From Blastocladiella emersonii ATCC 22665 (taxonomy: Eukaryota; Fungi; Blastocladiomycota), in NCBI GenBank assembly GCA_025594325.1, contig JANHCV010000005.1, positions 1,116,001 through 1,180,000 of the forward strand: DNA of 64,000 nucleotides, written 5' to 3'. Position numbers and translations under genes: made by a program. Below the pieces are notes generated by a model. The model saw only the letters and a program-made list of their open reading frames with translations. It did no database searches and was not told the DNA's origin. Shown here one piece after another: positions 34,529-46,699 of the stretch (position 1 is the first letter of the stretch; each line of letters starts with the position of its first letter).

Positions 34529-37500
34529 ATGACATTCGAAAGGGTCCCGCTGGACGACCTCGAGAAGAAGCAGCGGCCCAGCGACGGCAGCGGTGGCAGC
34601 GACGAGACGCTCGCCCTCAACCCCGGCGTCGATGGCCGCCGCCCGCCGCACCGCGATGACCGCGGCCTGCTCTCGCGCCTCGGCGAGCTCCTCTTCCTGC
34701 ACGCTGCGCCGCTCGTGGCCAAGGGCTCGACCACGGACCTGATCACCGAGCACGACATGCTGGCCACGGCGGCGCACGACGAGTCGGCGGTCCTGATCGC
34801 GCAGCTGCGGGGGATCTGGGCCGACCAGGGCGACCGCAAGAGCATGTGGCGCGCGCTGTGGTCCATGTTCGGCATGCGCTACGTCGCGATCGCGCTGCTC
34901 GCGCTCGCCGTGTCGACGTGCAAGGTGCTGTCGGCGCTCGTCCTCGGCCGCTTCATCCGCTTCCTGCAGACGCCCGACGCGCCCGTGCTCGACGGCGCCC
35001 TGCTCGGCCTCGCCCTCGTCGCGTGCATGGTCGTCTTCTCGTTCTGCGAGTCGCATTTCGTGTTCCGGTCCACGCGCATCGGGATCAATGCGCGAGTTTC
35101 GGTGCTTGCGCTGCTCTACGAGCACATGCTCAAGCTCAACCTCGCCTCGCTCCCGCCCGCCGGTCAGACGCTCAACATCGTACGCTTTCTTCTCGCTCAG
35201 ACTCGCTCCACTCGAGCTAACCGCTAGCCGTGAACAGATCTCGAACGACGCCCAGCGCCTCGAGGACGCCGGTCCGTTCCTCCTGTTCCTGGTCCTCGCG
35301 CCGCTCGAGACCGTCGCCGTGTTCGGCATCACCTGGTCCTTCATCGGCCTCGCTTCGCTCGCCGCCTACGGCACGCTCATGGGCCTGATCTTCGCGCTCT
35401 CGACCAACGCGCGGTTCCTCAACCGCCTGCGCAAGCAGATCGTCGACGCGCGCGACCACCGCATCAAGATCCTCGCCGACATGCTCAAGTCCATGGAGCT
35501 GCTCAAGCTGTACGCGTGGGAGCAGCCCTTCATCGCCAAGGTCATGGCCTTCCGCAACACCGAGATGAGCAAGATGCGCGCCTGGTACGGCATCAAGTCG
35601 CTCAACTCGGCGTTTTTCTGGTGCTCGGGATCCATCATGGCGCTCGCGGGCTTCTTCACCCTCGCGTTCGCCATGGGCGAGACGTTCACGTCCCAGCTCG
35701 TCTTCACGTCGCTCCTCCTCTTCAACTCGGTCCGTGTCAACATGGGGTGGCGGATCCCGCGCGCTATCGAGCTCGTCGCTGATCTGCGGTACGCTTAAAC
35801 CGCCTTCGCTCGACGTGTCCTCGCATCACTGACACCTTCGACCGTAGAGTCTCGCTCGGCCGCATCGAGTCCTTTCTCGCCATCCCGCCGCGCGACCTCG
35901 ACCCGGCCGCCCCGGCCTCGACCCCCGCCGCGCCCGTCGTGCAGCTGCGCAACGCGACGTTTGCGTGGGACCAGTCGCGCCCCGTGCTACACAACGTCGG
36001 CCTGACCATCCTCCCAGGCCAGTTCACCGCCATCATCGGCGGTGTCGGCTCCTCGAAAACCTCGCTGCTGCTCGCGATCCTCGGCCACCTGCGCACCGTA
36101 TCCGCCGACACCCTGACCGTGTCGCGGTCGCTCAGCTACGCGCCGCAGTCGGCCTTCATCTACTCGGGCACGGTCCGCGAGAACATCCTGATGGGCGCGC
36201 CGCTCGACCCGGCCCGCCTGAAACGCGTCGTCGCCGTGTGCCAGCTCGACCCCGACGTCGCGCGGTGGGAGGGCGGCCTCGACACGCGCATCGGCGAGCG
36301 GTTTCGCGCCAGCGGCGGCCAGCGCGCCCGGATCTGCCTCGCCCGCGCGCTCTACCACGACGCCGAGTGCTACATCCTCGACGACATTTTTGGCCCGCTC
36401 GACGTGCATGTCGCGAAGCGGATCTTTGACGGGCTCCGCGAGTTTCTCGCGGGCAAGGCGGTGGTACTGGTCACGCACCAGCTCGCGCTCGTCCGACAGT
36501 GCCCCAACGTCGTGTACATGAGCGAGGGCCGCGTGCTCGCCGCGGGGTCGTACGACGAGGTCACGCGGCGCGCCGCGATCGAGGACCCGGCGTTTGCGAC
36601 GGTGCTCGCCGAGTACGCCGTCGACGCGAGCGGCGACGGGCCGCGCGCGCGTCATGCGGGCGGCAGCGGCGAGATCGCGGCCGACGACGACGACGAGGAC
36701 CTGGCCGGCGAGGACCCCGATGCCGAGCAGTGGAAGGAGGTGGCGGCGGTCGGCGCCGACACGTCGGTCGTGACGCGCTTCTTCCGCATGGGCGGGACCA
36801 TGTGGATCCTCGTCGGCACCGTCCTGTTCGGGATCGCGACGACCACCGTCCAAGCCGTGGCCGACTACCAGCTCAGCAAGTGGAGCGTGACGCCCGCCGC
36901 GCAGCAGGCGGACGCGAGCAGCTGGGCGCTGTACCTCGGCCTGTCCCTGTCGCTGCCCGTCCTCGCGCTCGTCACGACGCTCGGGTTCTTTGCCGTGATC
37001 TTGACCGCGTCCAGCACGCTGTTCGGGCGGATGCTCGAGAACGTGATGCGCGCGTCGCAGCGCTTCTTCAGCATCAACCCGGCCGGCCGCATCCTGTCGC
37101 GCATGAGCAAGGACACGGCGCTGATCGACGAGCAGCTGACCGACTCGTTTGCCGAGGTCGTGCGCCTGTGGCTGTTCTGCACCACGATCGTCGTGCTCGT
37201 CGCCATCGCGGTCCCCTACATCCTGATCCCGCTCGCGCCCGTCGTCCTCACCTTCATCTACCTGCGCCGCCGCTACGTGCCCGCCAACCGCCAGATCCGA
37301 CGCATCGAGTCCATTTCGCGGTCGCCCGTGTACGGCCACCTCGTCAGCTCGGTCGAGGGTATCACGACCGTCACCGCGATGCGCCGCGAGGGCGACTACT
37401 TCCGCACGTTCTGCGCGCTGCTCGACGACAACACGCGCGCGCTGCTGTCGTTCTACACGGTCGAGCGGTGGCTGTGCCTGCGCGTCGACATGCTCGCGTG

Positions 37501-38626
37501 CGTCATCATCATCGCCACGACCGCCCTCATGGTCTCGCTGCGCGCATCGCTCGGCCTCGGGCTCGCCGCCTTGGCGCAGCTCTACGTCCTAAATCTCGTG
37601 GACGCTACCCAGTACGCGGTCCGCAAAACGGCCGAGCTCGAGCTCATGTTCGTGAGCGTCGAGCGCGTCCTGCAGTACGCGGGCGACATCCCGCTCGAGC
37701 GCGCGCACGACACGCCGCCCGGCGGCACCGCGCCGCCCGCCGACTGGCCGAGCCGCGGCGTCGTCGAGTTTGACCGCGTCACGCTCACGTACGAGGGCAG
37801 CGACCGGCCCGCGCTCACGGACCTCGCGTTCGCGACGCGCGCCGGCGAGCGGTTCGCCCTGGTCGGCCGGTCCGGCAGCGGCAAGACGAGTTGCATAAAT
37901 GCGCTGTTCCGCACCGCCGAGGTCGATTGTATCCCGGAATCGTCGCGGATCTTGATCGACGGGATCGATATCGCGCAACTCGGCCTGCGCGACCTCCGCA
38001 GCCGCCTTGCCATCATCCCGCAGTCCGTGTTCCTCTTCGCGCACGGCACGATCCGCGAGAACCTCGACCCCGCGGGCAAATACGCGGACGCGGAGCTGTG
38101 GGCGGCGCTCGAGCTCGTCGATCTTGGGGATGTCGTCAAGCGGTTCGAGCACCGGCTCGACGACGCGCCGCGGTTCTCGGCCGGCGAGGCGCAGCTGCTC
38201 CAGCTCGCGCGCGTGGTTTTGCGGCGCGGGACGACCAAGGTCTTGGTACGCATGACTTCGCCCCATCCGTGTCGCGTCACGTCATTCCACTCACCTTCTT
38301 GCGCGGCCTAGGTCCTCGACGAATGCAGCGCCAACATCGACGTGGCGCAGGACCGCGTCGTGCAGCGCACGATCCGCGAGCAGTTTGCCGGGTGTACCGT
38401 GATCACCATCGCGCACCGCGTCGAGACCATCATCGACAGCGACACGGTGCTGTACCTCGACCAAGGGCGAATCGTCGAGATGGGCGCACCGCGCGACCTG
38501 CTCAAGCGCCGCGACGGACACTTCCGCCGGCTCGCGGAGCAGGGGCTCGGACGCGAGATGCTGGCGCAGTACGTTGATCTCGAGAGCGAGGGCGAGACGG
38601 AGAAGGAAGAAGAGGGATCGCACTAG
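34529..38626 (+). CDS. ABCC/MRP-type full ABC transporter (TMD-NBD-TMD-NBD), 1304 aa; exons 34529-35179, 35238-35788, 35848-38245, 38312-38626
   Basis: MELLKLYAWE, NBD1 GGVGSSKT/ASGGQ/YILDD, GRILSRMSKD, ESISRSPVYGHL, VSVERV, NBD2 GRSGSGKT/FSAGE/VLDE, TVITIAHR. Introns of 58, 59 and 66 nt. Confidence 0.93.
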
Positions 38627-38844
38627 GTATCTCATGTCATATCTCTAGTGTATTACGTTCTGGGTTGGAAAGTGAAAGCTGGGATCGCGATTAGGTCGAA
38701 CCGAGGTGAGCGCGCGAGATCAAATTTCCCATCACTCGAACTCGGACAATTTCCTGTTTTATTTGTCGCGCGTCCAACTACACATCGTCATCTCGTCGAA
38801 GAAGGGTATTCAGAGTGGACTGCGCGGAATATCGATGTGCGCGC

Positions 38845-39927
38845 TCACGAACGCTTGTTGCCGCGAGTCGGCGACTGCGGGCGGCGCTGGTCCTGCTGCT
38901 GCTTCTGGGCCTGATGCTGCGGACCGGAGGCGGCATGCTTGAGCTGCGGCGACTGGGCGCGCGCCTGCTGCTGCTGCTGAGCCGAAGCGGCAGCCGGCTT
39001 GAGCTGCGGCGATTGAGCGCGGGTCTGCTGCTGCTGAGGAGCGGCCTGCTTGAGCTGAGCCGACTGCGCGCGAGGAGCGGTGGCCTGCTGCTTGAGCTGC
39101 TGCTGCTGAAGCTGCTGCGCCTGCTGGGCCTTGGGCGCGGGCAGCTGCGACTGGAGCCACTGCGGCGCGGCGGCCGAGTCAAAGAGCCACGAGCCCGAGA
39201 AGAAGGCGTCGTCGGCCGACGCGTTCTTGGCGCGGACAGCGCCAACGGGGATCACGGCAGCGGCGTTGCGCGGGAGCTGGGCCTGCTGCTGCGGCTGTGC
39301 GCGGGCGGCCTGCTGCTGCTTCGCGGGCGTGGCGGCGGCAGCGGGAGCGGGAGCGGGAGCGGCCTGCTTGAGCTGCTGCTTCTGCTGCTGAGGCGACTGG
39401 GCGCGAACAGCAACGGTGGGTTGAGCGGCGCGGGCCTGCTGCTGTTTCGGAAGCTGTGGCGCCATCCACTGCGGAATGCGGGCCTCGTCAAACATCCACG
39501 CGCCCGAGAGGAACGCGTCGTCGGGATGCTCGCGGACGGGCGTGGCGCGGTACACCTGCGCGGCGGCGGCCGCGGACTGGGTACGGGCCTGCTGTTGCTT
39601 CTGGGGAGCGGCGGCGACCAAGGCCTGCTGCTGCTGCTGCTTGAGCTGGGGCGACTGCGCGCGAGCCTGCTGCTGCTGAACGGCGGCCTGCTTGGGCTGA
39701 GCCGGCTGCGCGCGGGCCTGCTGCGGGGCCTGCTTCTGCTGCTGCTGAGCGGCGGCAGGAGCAGCCTGCTTGAGCTGCGGCGACTGGACACGGGCCTGCT
39801 GCTGCTGCTGCTTCGCGGCGGGCGCGCTGTTGTTGTTGTTCGCGGTGGCGGACTTGGCGTTGGCGGCCTGGGCCTGGTGCTGGTGCACGGCCTGGCGCTG
39901 GGCAGAGTGGAGCTGAGTGCGACCCAT
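38845..39927 (-). CDS. Gln/Ala-rich low-complexity repeat protein, copy 1 (360 aa)
   Basis: ATG at 39927 (MGRTQLHSAQ), strong codon bias, RAQSPQLKQ repeats, upstream TATA. The paralog at 57745-58833 conserves the same frame. Confidence 0.8.
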   Translation of the reverse strand: MGRTQLHSAQRQAVHQHQAQAANAKSATANNNNSAPAAKQQQQQARVQSPQLKQAAPAAAQQQQKQAPQQARAQPAQPKQAAVQQQQARAQSPQLKQQQQQALVAAAPQKQQQARTQSAAAAAQVYRATPVREHPDDAFLSGAWMFDEARIPQWMAPQLPKQQQARAAQPTVAVRAQSPQQQKQQLKQAAPAPAPAAAATPAKQQQAARAQPQQQAQLPRNAAAVIPVGAVRAKNASADDAFFSGSWLFDSAAAPQWLQSQLPAPKAQQAQQLQQQQLKQQATAPRAQSAQLKQAAPQQQQTRAQSPQLKPAAASAQQQQQARAQSPQLKHAASGPQHQAQKQQQDQRRPQSPTRGNKRS

Positions 39928-40015
39928 TCTTCGATAGTAGGTTGGTTCGTCGGATACGTGAGCAAGGTATGCAAGCGTGTTGAGCAAGCGGCGGGGAGTG
40001 CGGGGAACGGCCCGA

Positions 40016-40022
40016 ATTTATA
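40016..40022 (-). promoter_or_regulatory. TATA box of Q/A gene copy 1
   Basis: TATAAAT about 90 nt upstream of the ATG, conserved in the paralog at 57650-57656. Confidence 0.65.
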
Positions 40023-40428
40023 CGAACGGGGACGGTACACGCATGCGGCGAGGCGAGTGCAAACTAAGGGGCACAGGTCCGACTGACTGGAGCTGGAGCA
40101 GTGCGAGACATGCGAGACATGCGAGACGCGAAGATGAGCAGTGCGGACCGCGACCACTCAGAGTTGGCCGTGGTCACGCCGTGGCGCAGCTGTGGCGCAA
40201 CGCGTCGCGTCCTCCTCCCTTGCTCAAGCTATGCGCCTCGGAATCCCAGCACGACCAAAGTTTATCCAGTGTCTGCAAACCGGTTATGAATATCAATTTT
40301 TTTTGGACACGAATTCGAGCGGCGCGGGAGACTCAAAACTACCACCAAACAATCCTTGCCGCCGTCGCACATAAAGGCGGGCTTGAACACCACAACTCAA
40401 CTGAGCGTTTACTTCACGCATCCATATC

Positions 40429-42286
40429 TCACGGCACGTGGGCTACGACAGAATCCAGGCGCGCCACACCTTCGGCGGTGATGCCCGTCTGATCAAGCCG
40501 GACATTCGCAAGAGCGGGGAGGGCGCGAGACTGCAGCATGTCGATGACCGAGTCGGTCAACTCGGAGTTCCCAGTAAGGTCAATGGACGTGAGAGTTGCA
40601 GGAAGCGTTGCGACCAGCAGATCTGCCGTCTCGTCCGTGAGGCCGCAAGGGCAAAGCGAGAGCGACGCGAGTGAGGCTGAGCGCTGCATCCACATCGAGA
40701 GGGCTCTGATCGCTGGCATGCTCAACGACGGCATGCAGAGCGAGTTATAGATGGTAAGGTGTGCGAGGTGCTGAGCCGGCAGGTGCTGGAATAGCCCTGC
40801 CCAGTTCTCCCGCTCGGTCAGCACGGAGCGAATATCAAGAGCATGTAGGGTACTCGGAAGGGCCCGTGCAAATTGACCGAAGTCGAGGTCCTTCACAGAG
40901 ATGTTGTGGAGTCTGAGCGATCGCAAGGTCCCACGGAGGCGGGAGAGCCCGCTCGTGAGGTTGCGAAATGTCATAGCACCGCTGGTGGTGAATGAAACGT
41001 AGTACTCGCGGATCTCAAGGTCAGTCAGCGCTTCCGGGATCGCGGCAAGGAGAGACTCACAGTGTAGGTTGATGTGGTAAAGATACGGGCCAAATCTGAG
41101 TCTGCGGAGATTCGGGAACGAGCGTTCTGCAAACGCCCGGGGTAGGTCAGTTGTTATGTCGCTGCTGCCAGTTGAGAGCTGTGAAACCGACTCTGGGAGC
41201 GCTCGGACAAGGCTTGGCAAAGGGACGGTGCAGTAATCGAGGGTCAACGTCTCGAGACAGCAGAGATGAGGGAGACGGATAATGAGAGAGTCCCACTCGT
41301 CAGCTTGGCGAACGCTGCAATTGGTGAAATCGAGTTCGACCAAGCTAGATGGAGGCCGCTCCAGGATCGACGATCTATCGGCATCGCGTTTAATGCAGCC
41401 CCGCAAGAACAGCCGCTTCAGAGTAGGTGGCATCCCCGTTGCCAATGCGTCTGCGGCTTGCGTGTCAAGCGTATTGTCGGAAAAGTCGAAGCTTGTGAGA
41501 AAAGAAGGGAGGTGCGCCAGCAGGTCGATGGTAGCCGACGGCGAGAACGTGCACCCTCGAAGCGCCAGCGCACTCAAGGAGGAAGGCAGCTGCTGCATGA
41601 GTTGATCGAGCCCCTGGGGCACGAGCATGCTAAGGTCGAGCGTCGTCACGGTTTCGGGGAAGCGGAGGGCGAGCGCGCGTGCCGTGTTGAGATTGCAGCA
41701 CACGAGCGAAATCGACTTGACTCGCTGATCGGGAGACGCAAGGGCGCGATTGAGCGTCTCGATGCCCTCGAGCGTCAGCCGTTTCTTTTCGAGTTTCAGT
41801 TCCTCGACCTGGCCAGCGGCGATCTCGCCGAACATTTGAATAACGGCTGCGTCACCTGGAGCAGGACCAAGGAGCGGGCGAGGCTCGGAAACCCCAAGCG
41901 CAATTTTCAGTCGGTTGTAAGCGTCCGACTTTACGGCGGACCTGATACAGCCAAAGTGGTCTCGCCAGAACGCGATAACCTCGTCGAAACCCTCGATAAA
42001 TGCAGTATAAAGGTGGTCGAAATCGGTACACGCGTCCTTGATGAAGCCGTACTCGGATAAGAGCCACAGGAGCTCGATATCGCCTGCCACCGTTGCCGCG
42101 CTGGGGGTCAAATCCGAGCAGTGGTCCAGAACAGCGCGAGTCACACCAGGGACGGACGCGCGTGGCATCACATAGAGATAGTCGACCATGCCGTCAAAGT
42201 CCGTCGTGGGCATGAAGGTAGACCGCGCGGACAAGTATATCCTCGACGATCTCCGGGACCACAAGTTTACATTGCACCAAGTCCAT
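40429..42286 (-). CDS. F-box-like + ankyrin-like + RNI-type leucine-rich-repeat protein; N-terminal F-box-like segment is out of frame by 1 nt
   Basis: LRRs such as LSALALRGCTFS, LTSFDFSDNTL, LKRLFLRGC, LASLSLCPCGL and LTSIDLTGN. ATG 42286 gives MDLVQCKLVVPEIVEDILVRAV then a stop; the main frame is open from MPTTDF at 42213 (offset 73 nt). Confidence 0.72.
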
Positions 42287-42626
42287 GATTCATTAGCTTG
42301 CGTTGCGAGGCGAGGTTCTGAGTGCTCGGTAGCGGTGGAACGGTGGGGAGCGGGTCGCTCAGGAAGACGCGATCGCCTGAACTGGGAGCGCGCCCTGCCG
42401 CGCGTGCCATCCGCGTGTTTTCGCGACGCGTCTCACCCAACGTCTCGCGCAACGTCTCGACAGCGTGGAAAGGCAGTCAGGCGCGAGTCACCTACCTCCC
42501 TCAAAGGTTATCTCAGAAAATCGGAGCGAGCGCCAACGTCTCCAAGTTCAAAATTTATTCAAAGTCGCAACTTGCACACGGCCACCAGGCCGCTGGCAGA
42601 ACAAGAAAAACTGAGACGAGCGATCA

Positions 42627-44874
42627 TCACAAATGAAGGTCGACTACCTTGGACGCCTTGGGCGCAATCCGTGCAAACTCGCGTGCGGCCCAATCTTGAC
42701 CTGCATTGCTGTTTGGCCCAGCAACGAGCTTGCTCACAAGACCTGTGAGCACTTCTGGAGAAGCAGGAAGCCCGTCCAGAGCGCCATCGGGGATCATCCG
42801 CAAGACAGCTGGTGGGAGACCACCCGCATTGACCTCGAGCTGGAGCGCGTCAAGCATTTTCTGCGGATCGCTCTCCAAGAGCAAGCGCACAGCGAGTTGA
42901 GAGGAGGCGAACTTGTCGCACACATGGCGCTTTGGGTACTTGGACCCGTCAATCGCAAAGTACGTGCAAAGCCCCTGCCATGGCTTCGTGATGGGTGGAA
43001 GGAGCCCGCTCAAGGGCCCTGGTTTGCATCGTTTGAGAAGAGCTTTGATAAGGTTGCTCCATTCGTCATGGAACGCGAGTGGGCAGTCGGTGCAAAGCGT
43101 GGCGGCTTCATCGAGGAAATATTTACATCGCTTCGGCAGGTGCGCGATATTGGCGGGCTGGAACAGCGAACGGATCAAGACGCGGAGAAGCAGGGTTGCC
43201 AGTTTGGCATCAGCGAGGTCAATGCGTCGGAGCAGCTTGCACCGATCATTGTATTCCGAATACGCGGTCATCAACAACCACCTCACATCGACCGTCGCCG
43301 TCCAGATTGCCCGCGCATCATCGGAAGTCGCTGCGGGAAAGTTGAGCAATTCGTCAAGGCTGGCCAGCACATCGGCGTTGAAAAGGAAGCAGCTCTGCCA
43401 TCCCGGGAATATCTCGTACGCGTTGTTGATACAGCTGGCCGTGACAAAGGCGTCCAGCGTCAGCCGAGATTTGTTCCCGCTCGGGCTGGCAGAGCTCGGA
43501 ACAAGCGCAAACTGGAGCACCGCTTGGCCAACCTTTGCGTGCCTTGGATGATCGTTCCAATTGAACCACCACTTACAGAATGCTACAGATGACACGAGTC
43601 CCACGTTAGTCGGTCTGGTCGTACATGCTGTGTCAACAAGTTTGGGTAGTACCGTCCAGCAGCAGCTTGTTCCAGTCTTCAAACGTGCGCCGCCTGCGGA
43701 CGCGCTCAACGTAGTCGTGCGCACCGCGCGCAAGGGCCGTCCCAACCAAATAGCACTCCCATCTGGGAGCAACGAGGCCATGATCATCGAGCAGCATGAG
43801 ACTTTCGACAGAGAGCTCGCCTTGATCGAACCATGTCAAGATGACATCGCCAAGCCAGTACATGGTCTCGCGATCGTTGCACGTGGGTTCGGGATACCAC
43901 CAGGGCTCGAGAAGCACGTCTTTAATATCGTCGCGATAAGGCAAGCCGGCCACGACGTGAGCGGGAAAGCGGGCAAGAAGGGGCATGAACGCCTCGTGAC
44001 CCACGCAAACAGCAGTCTGGACGTAGGTCCTACGCACGTCGTCGTCAAACATGCTCAACCCGTGTTCAAAGATTCATAGCAAAATCGTTGAGGCGCTGGT
44101 AGCTGCCGCTCTCGTGACCGCTGCTTTGCACACGGAGAGTGCAGGGTCATCAAAGCAAAAGAACGCAGCCAGGGTGGCCAGATTGACGGTGCACCGCGCG
44201 TCGCCAAGCAGCAGCTGGAAAGCCGGTACGTTCCATGCCAGGGCGGCAAAGTATGCAAGTGCGTCGGCGAGTCGCGGCGGGGCGTGGAAACAGTCTTCGT
44301 ACTGGTCGCGGTCAAAGCAGGGCCATTCGTTATCGAGGTTTTCGATGAACAGCACCCAGTCTCCAAGCTCCAGCGTGATCCCAAGCAGTCGCGGACATGT
44401 GCTGGTAACTACGTCGAAGAGCGGGCGCGCGAGGTCAAGAGATCCGCACGCGAGAACTGCAATGACAAGCCGAACAATCGCAACCAGCGGGCACTTCCAG
44501 ATGGAAACATCCTGCCCGGGCGGGAAGGTTTGCGAACACCGGCGCAGCAACCCGGGCTCCGTGCTGCTGACAGTAATGCGGCGGCACATTCGAGCAGCGA
44601 TGCCAAGAAGCGGCTCGAGTGGCATCAACGCGTCGCCTTGGTCCCAGTTGGCGCCGATTGGCGTCGAACGGGCATCGAACCGAGCAAGGAACTGGACCAA
44701 AGCGGGAACGGTCCACGACGTTTGAACATGAACATCAAGTGCCAGCGCGTATAGGCAATCCGAAGCGACCGCGACTGTTGCACGCGGGGTCGCGAGTTGG
44801 AGAATGGCCGTGGCCAGCTCGAAGGGAAGCTGATCAAGGCTTCGGCCACCCGGGTCTTTTCCATTGGTTTGCAT
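42627..44874 (-). pseudogene. F-box-like family member with one nonsense codon and one frameshift
   Basis: LDQLPFELATAILQLATPR; RLADALAYFA; in-frame TGA at 44074-44076 (LL*IFEH vs paralog YSWLFEN); frameshift at ~43648 after LLLDGT; LCTDCPL motif downstream. Confidence 0.85.
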
Positions 44875-45523
44875 CGAGTGGTTCTAGCAGTAGTGGATGT
44901 CCTTTCACTCGGGCAACTGGAGCGGTGGCGTTTGGCAGCGGCGCAGGCGAGGGCAGAGCTGTGGCGCACGCAAGGGTCACGGCGGATCGACGCACCGCTC
45001 ACGTGTTTGTTTGACGCGTCCCTCCGCGCGCGAGACAGGTTTCGGGTACGCCGAGAGAAACGCATGAGGTCTCATGAAGGCTTTAATGGGCGATTAAGTC
45101 GATTAAGAAGGGCTATTGGAAAAAACGAGGTGCCGCAAAAAGGGATGATGTTCGAAACAGAGGAAGAGGAGGTTGACACCAAGACAGGATTGGATCCCGT
45201 GGCGGCAGACTCCCCCGGCCCTGTTGAGAGCATCACCTTTGGCCGGCTGGCTAAGGCCGGGCCGACATCTAAGCCTGAATACATGCTCAAGTACTGCTCG
45301 CCGTCGCATCCCAGGTACTTGAAAGACCGAACGAAGTTTCAGAGGGCGTGAGACCGCGACACACGCGTGTGTGCCGCGCAACGCGTTCCAGAGCGCAACC
45401 CACCTGGCGATTGTTAGATATGATAAATGATCGAGCCTTAGATGAATGGTTTGCAGAGAATGTGCATGTTTATTGACTACGAATCATGCGTCGAGGCAAC
45501 CAGGACCAACCGTTGATCGACGC

Positions 45524-46699
45524 TCAAAAGTTGCCGCGAACCGGGACGGGCAGGTACGGCGCCTCGAGGGCAGCCTTCTCCTCGGCCGTGAGCGTGATCG
45601 AGAGCGCGGCGACCGCGTCCTCGAGGTACGCGACCTTGTTGATGCCGACGATTGGCGCCGTGATCTCGGGCTTGGCGAGGACCCACGCGAGCGCGACCTG
45701 CGACGCGGGCACGCCGCGCGCCGCGGCCACCTTGCGCAGCGTCGCGATGATACGGTCGTCGGTCGCCGCCACGATCGCCTTGGTGCGGTCCGCGTCCGAC
45801 AGCTCGATCGCCTCCTCGCCCGACCCGCCGTCAGCCGAAGAGGACGACGACGACGAGGACGGCTCGGTCAGGTGGATCACGTTGCGCAGGGTGTCGGTCT
45901 GCGCGCGCAGCGAGGTCGTCGACTTGCCCTTGTCCGAGAGCAGGCCGCCAGCGAGCGGCGACCACGGGATCACGCCGACGCCCATGTCGCGGCACAGCGG
46001 CAGCATCTCGCGCTCCTCCTCGCGGTACGCCAGGTTGACGAGGTTCTGCATGCTGACAAATTGCGTCCACCCGTTGCGCTCGGCCACGGCCTGCGCCTTG
46101 GCAAACTGCCACGCGTACATGGAGCTCGCGCCAATGTAGCGGACCTTGCCGGCCTTGACGAGGTCGTGCAGCGCGCCCATGGTCTCCTCGATGGGCGTGT
46201 TGTAGTCCCAGCGGTGGATCTGGTACAGGTCAATGTAGTCGGTGCCGAGGCGCGCGAGCGAGGCCTCGACCGCCTCGAAAATGTACTTGCGCGAGAGGCC
46301 GCGCTTGTTGGCCATGGCGTACGCGGGCAGCGACGCGAGCGCCGGCTGGTCGGTCGGCGTGTCGCCGACCTGGAAGAAGACCTTGGTCGCAATCACAATC
46401 TCGGACCGCTTGATGTCGCCGTTCTCGCGCATGAACTGGCCAAGGAGGCGCTCCGACATGCCCGAGGAGTAGACGTCGGCCGTATCGAAGAAGTTGATGC
46501 CGTGGTCCCACGCGGCGCGCAGGAGCGGCAGGGCCTTGTCGGCGTCGAGGACCCACTTTTCCCAGTCGGACGAGCCGTACGACATCATGCCGACGCAGAT
46601 GCGCGAGACCTGGAGGCCGGTCTTGCCGAGGCGGGCGTAGTGCATCTTGTGCGCGTTCGGGCGGTCGGTGGCGGTCGCAGCGGTGGTAGTGGTCGACAT
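45524..46699 (-). CDS. Aldo-keto reductase (YajO/aryl-alcohol dehydrogenase-like), complete copy 2, 391 aa, intronless
   Basis: RLGKTGLQVSRICVGMMSYG, FFDTADVYS.G.SE, IATKV, LGTDYIDLYQIHRWD, GKVRYIGASSM, IPWSPLAGG, SQVALAWVL. Confidence 0.95.
   Translation of the reverse strand: MSTTTTAATATDRPNAHKMHYARLGKTGLQVSRICVGMMSYGSSDWEKWVLDADKALPLLRAAWDHGINFFDTADVYSSGMSERLLGQFMRENGDIKRSEIVIATKVFFQVGDTPTDQPALASLPAYAMANKRGLSRKYIFEAVEASLARLGTDYIDLYQIHRWDYNTPIEETMGALHDLVKAGKVRYIGASSMYAWQFAKAQAVAERNGWTQFVSMQNLVNLAYREEEREMLPLCRDMGVGVIPWSPLAGGLLSDKGKSTTSLRAQTDTLRNVIHLTEPSSSSSSSSADGGSGEEAIELSDADRTKAIVAATDDRIIATLRKVAAARGVPASQVALAWVLAKPEITAPIVGINKVAYLEDAVAALSITLTAEEKAALEAPYLPVPVRGNF

Larger units (their letters stand above)
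38845..40190 (-). repeat. Inverted duplication arm 1 (partner 57462-58833)
   Basis: Reverse complement matches the second Q/A gene and about 270 bp of its upstream region. Confidence 0.93.

Noticed and set aside
44074-44076. Selenocysteine or programmed readthrough of in-frame TGA
   Set aside because: The position aligns with Trp in paralogs, not Cys, and the same gene also has a frameshift; simple pseudogenisation is more parsimonious.
45145-45351. Short acidic ORF (MMFETEEEEVD...) between the F-box pseudogene and AKR
   Set aside because: 68 codons, no codon bias or recognisable motif.
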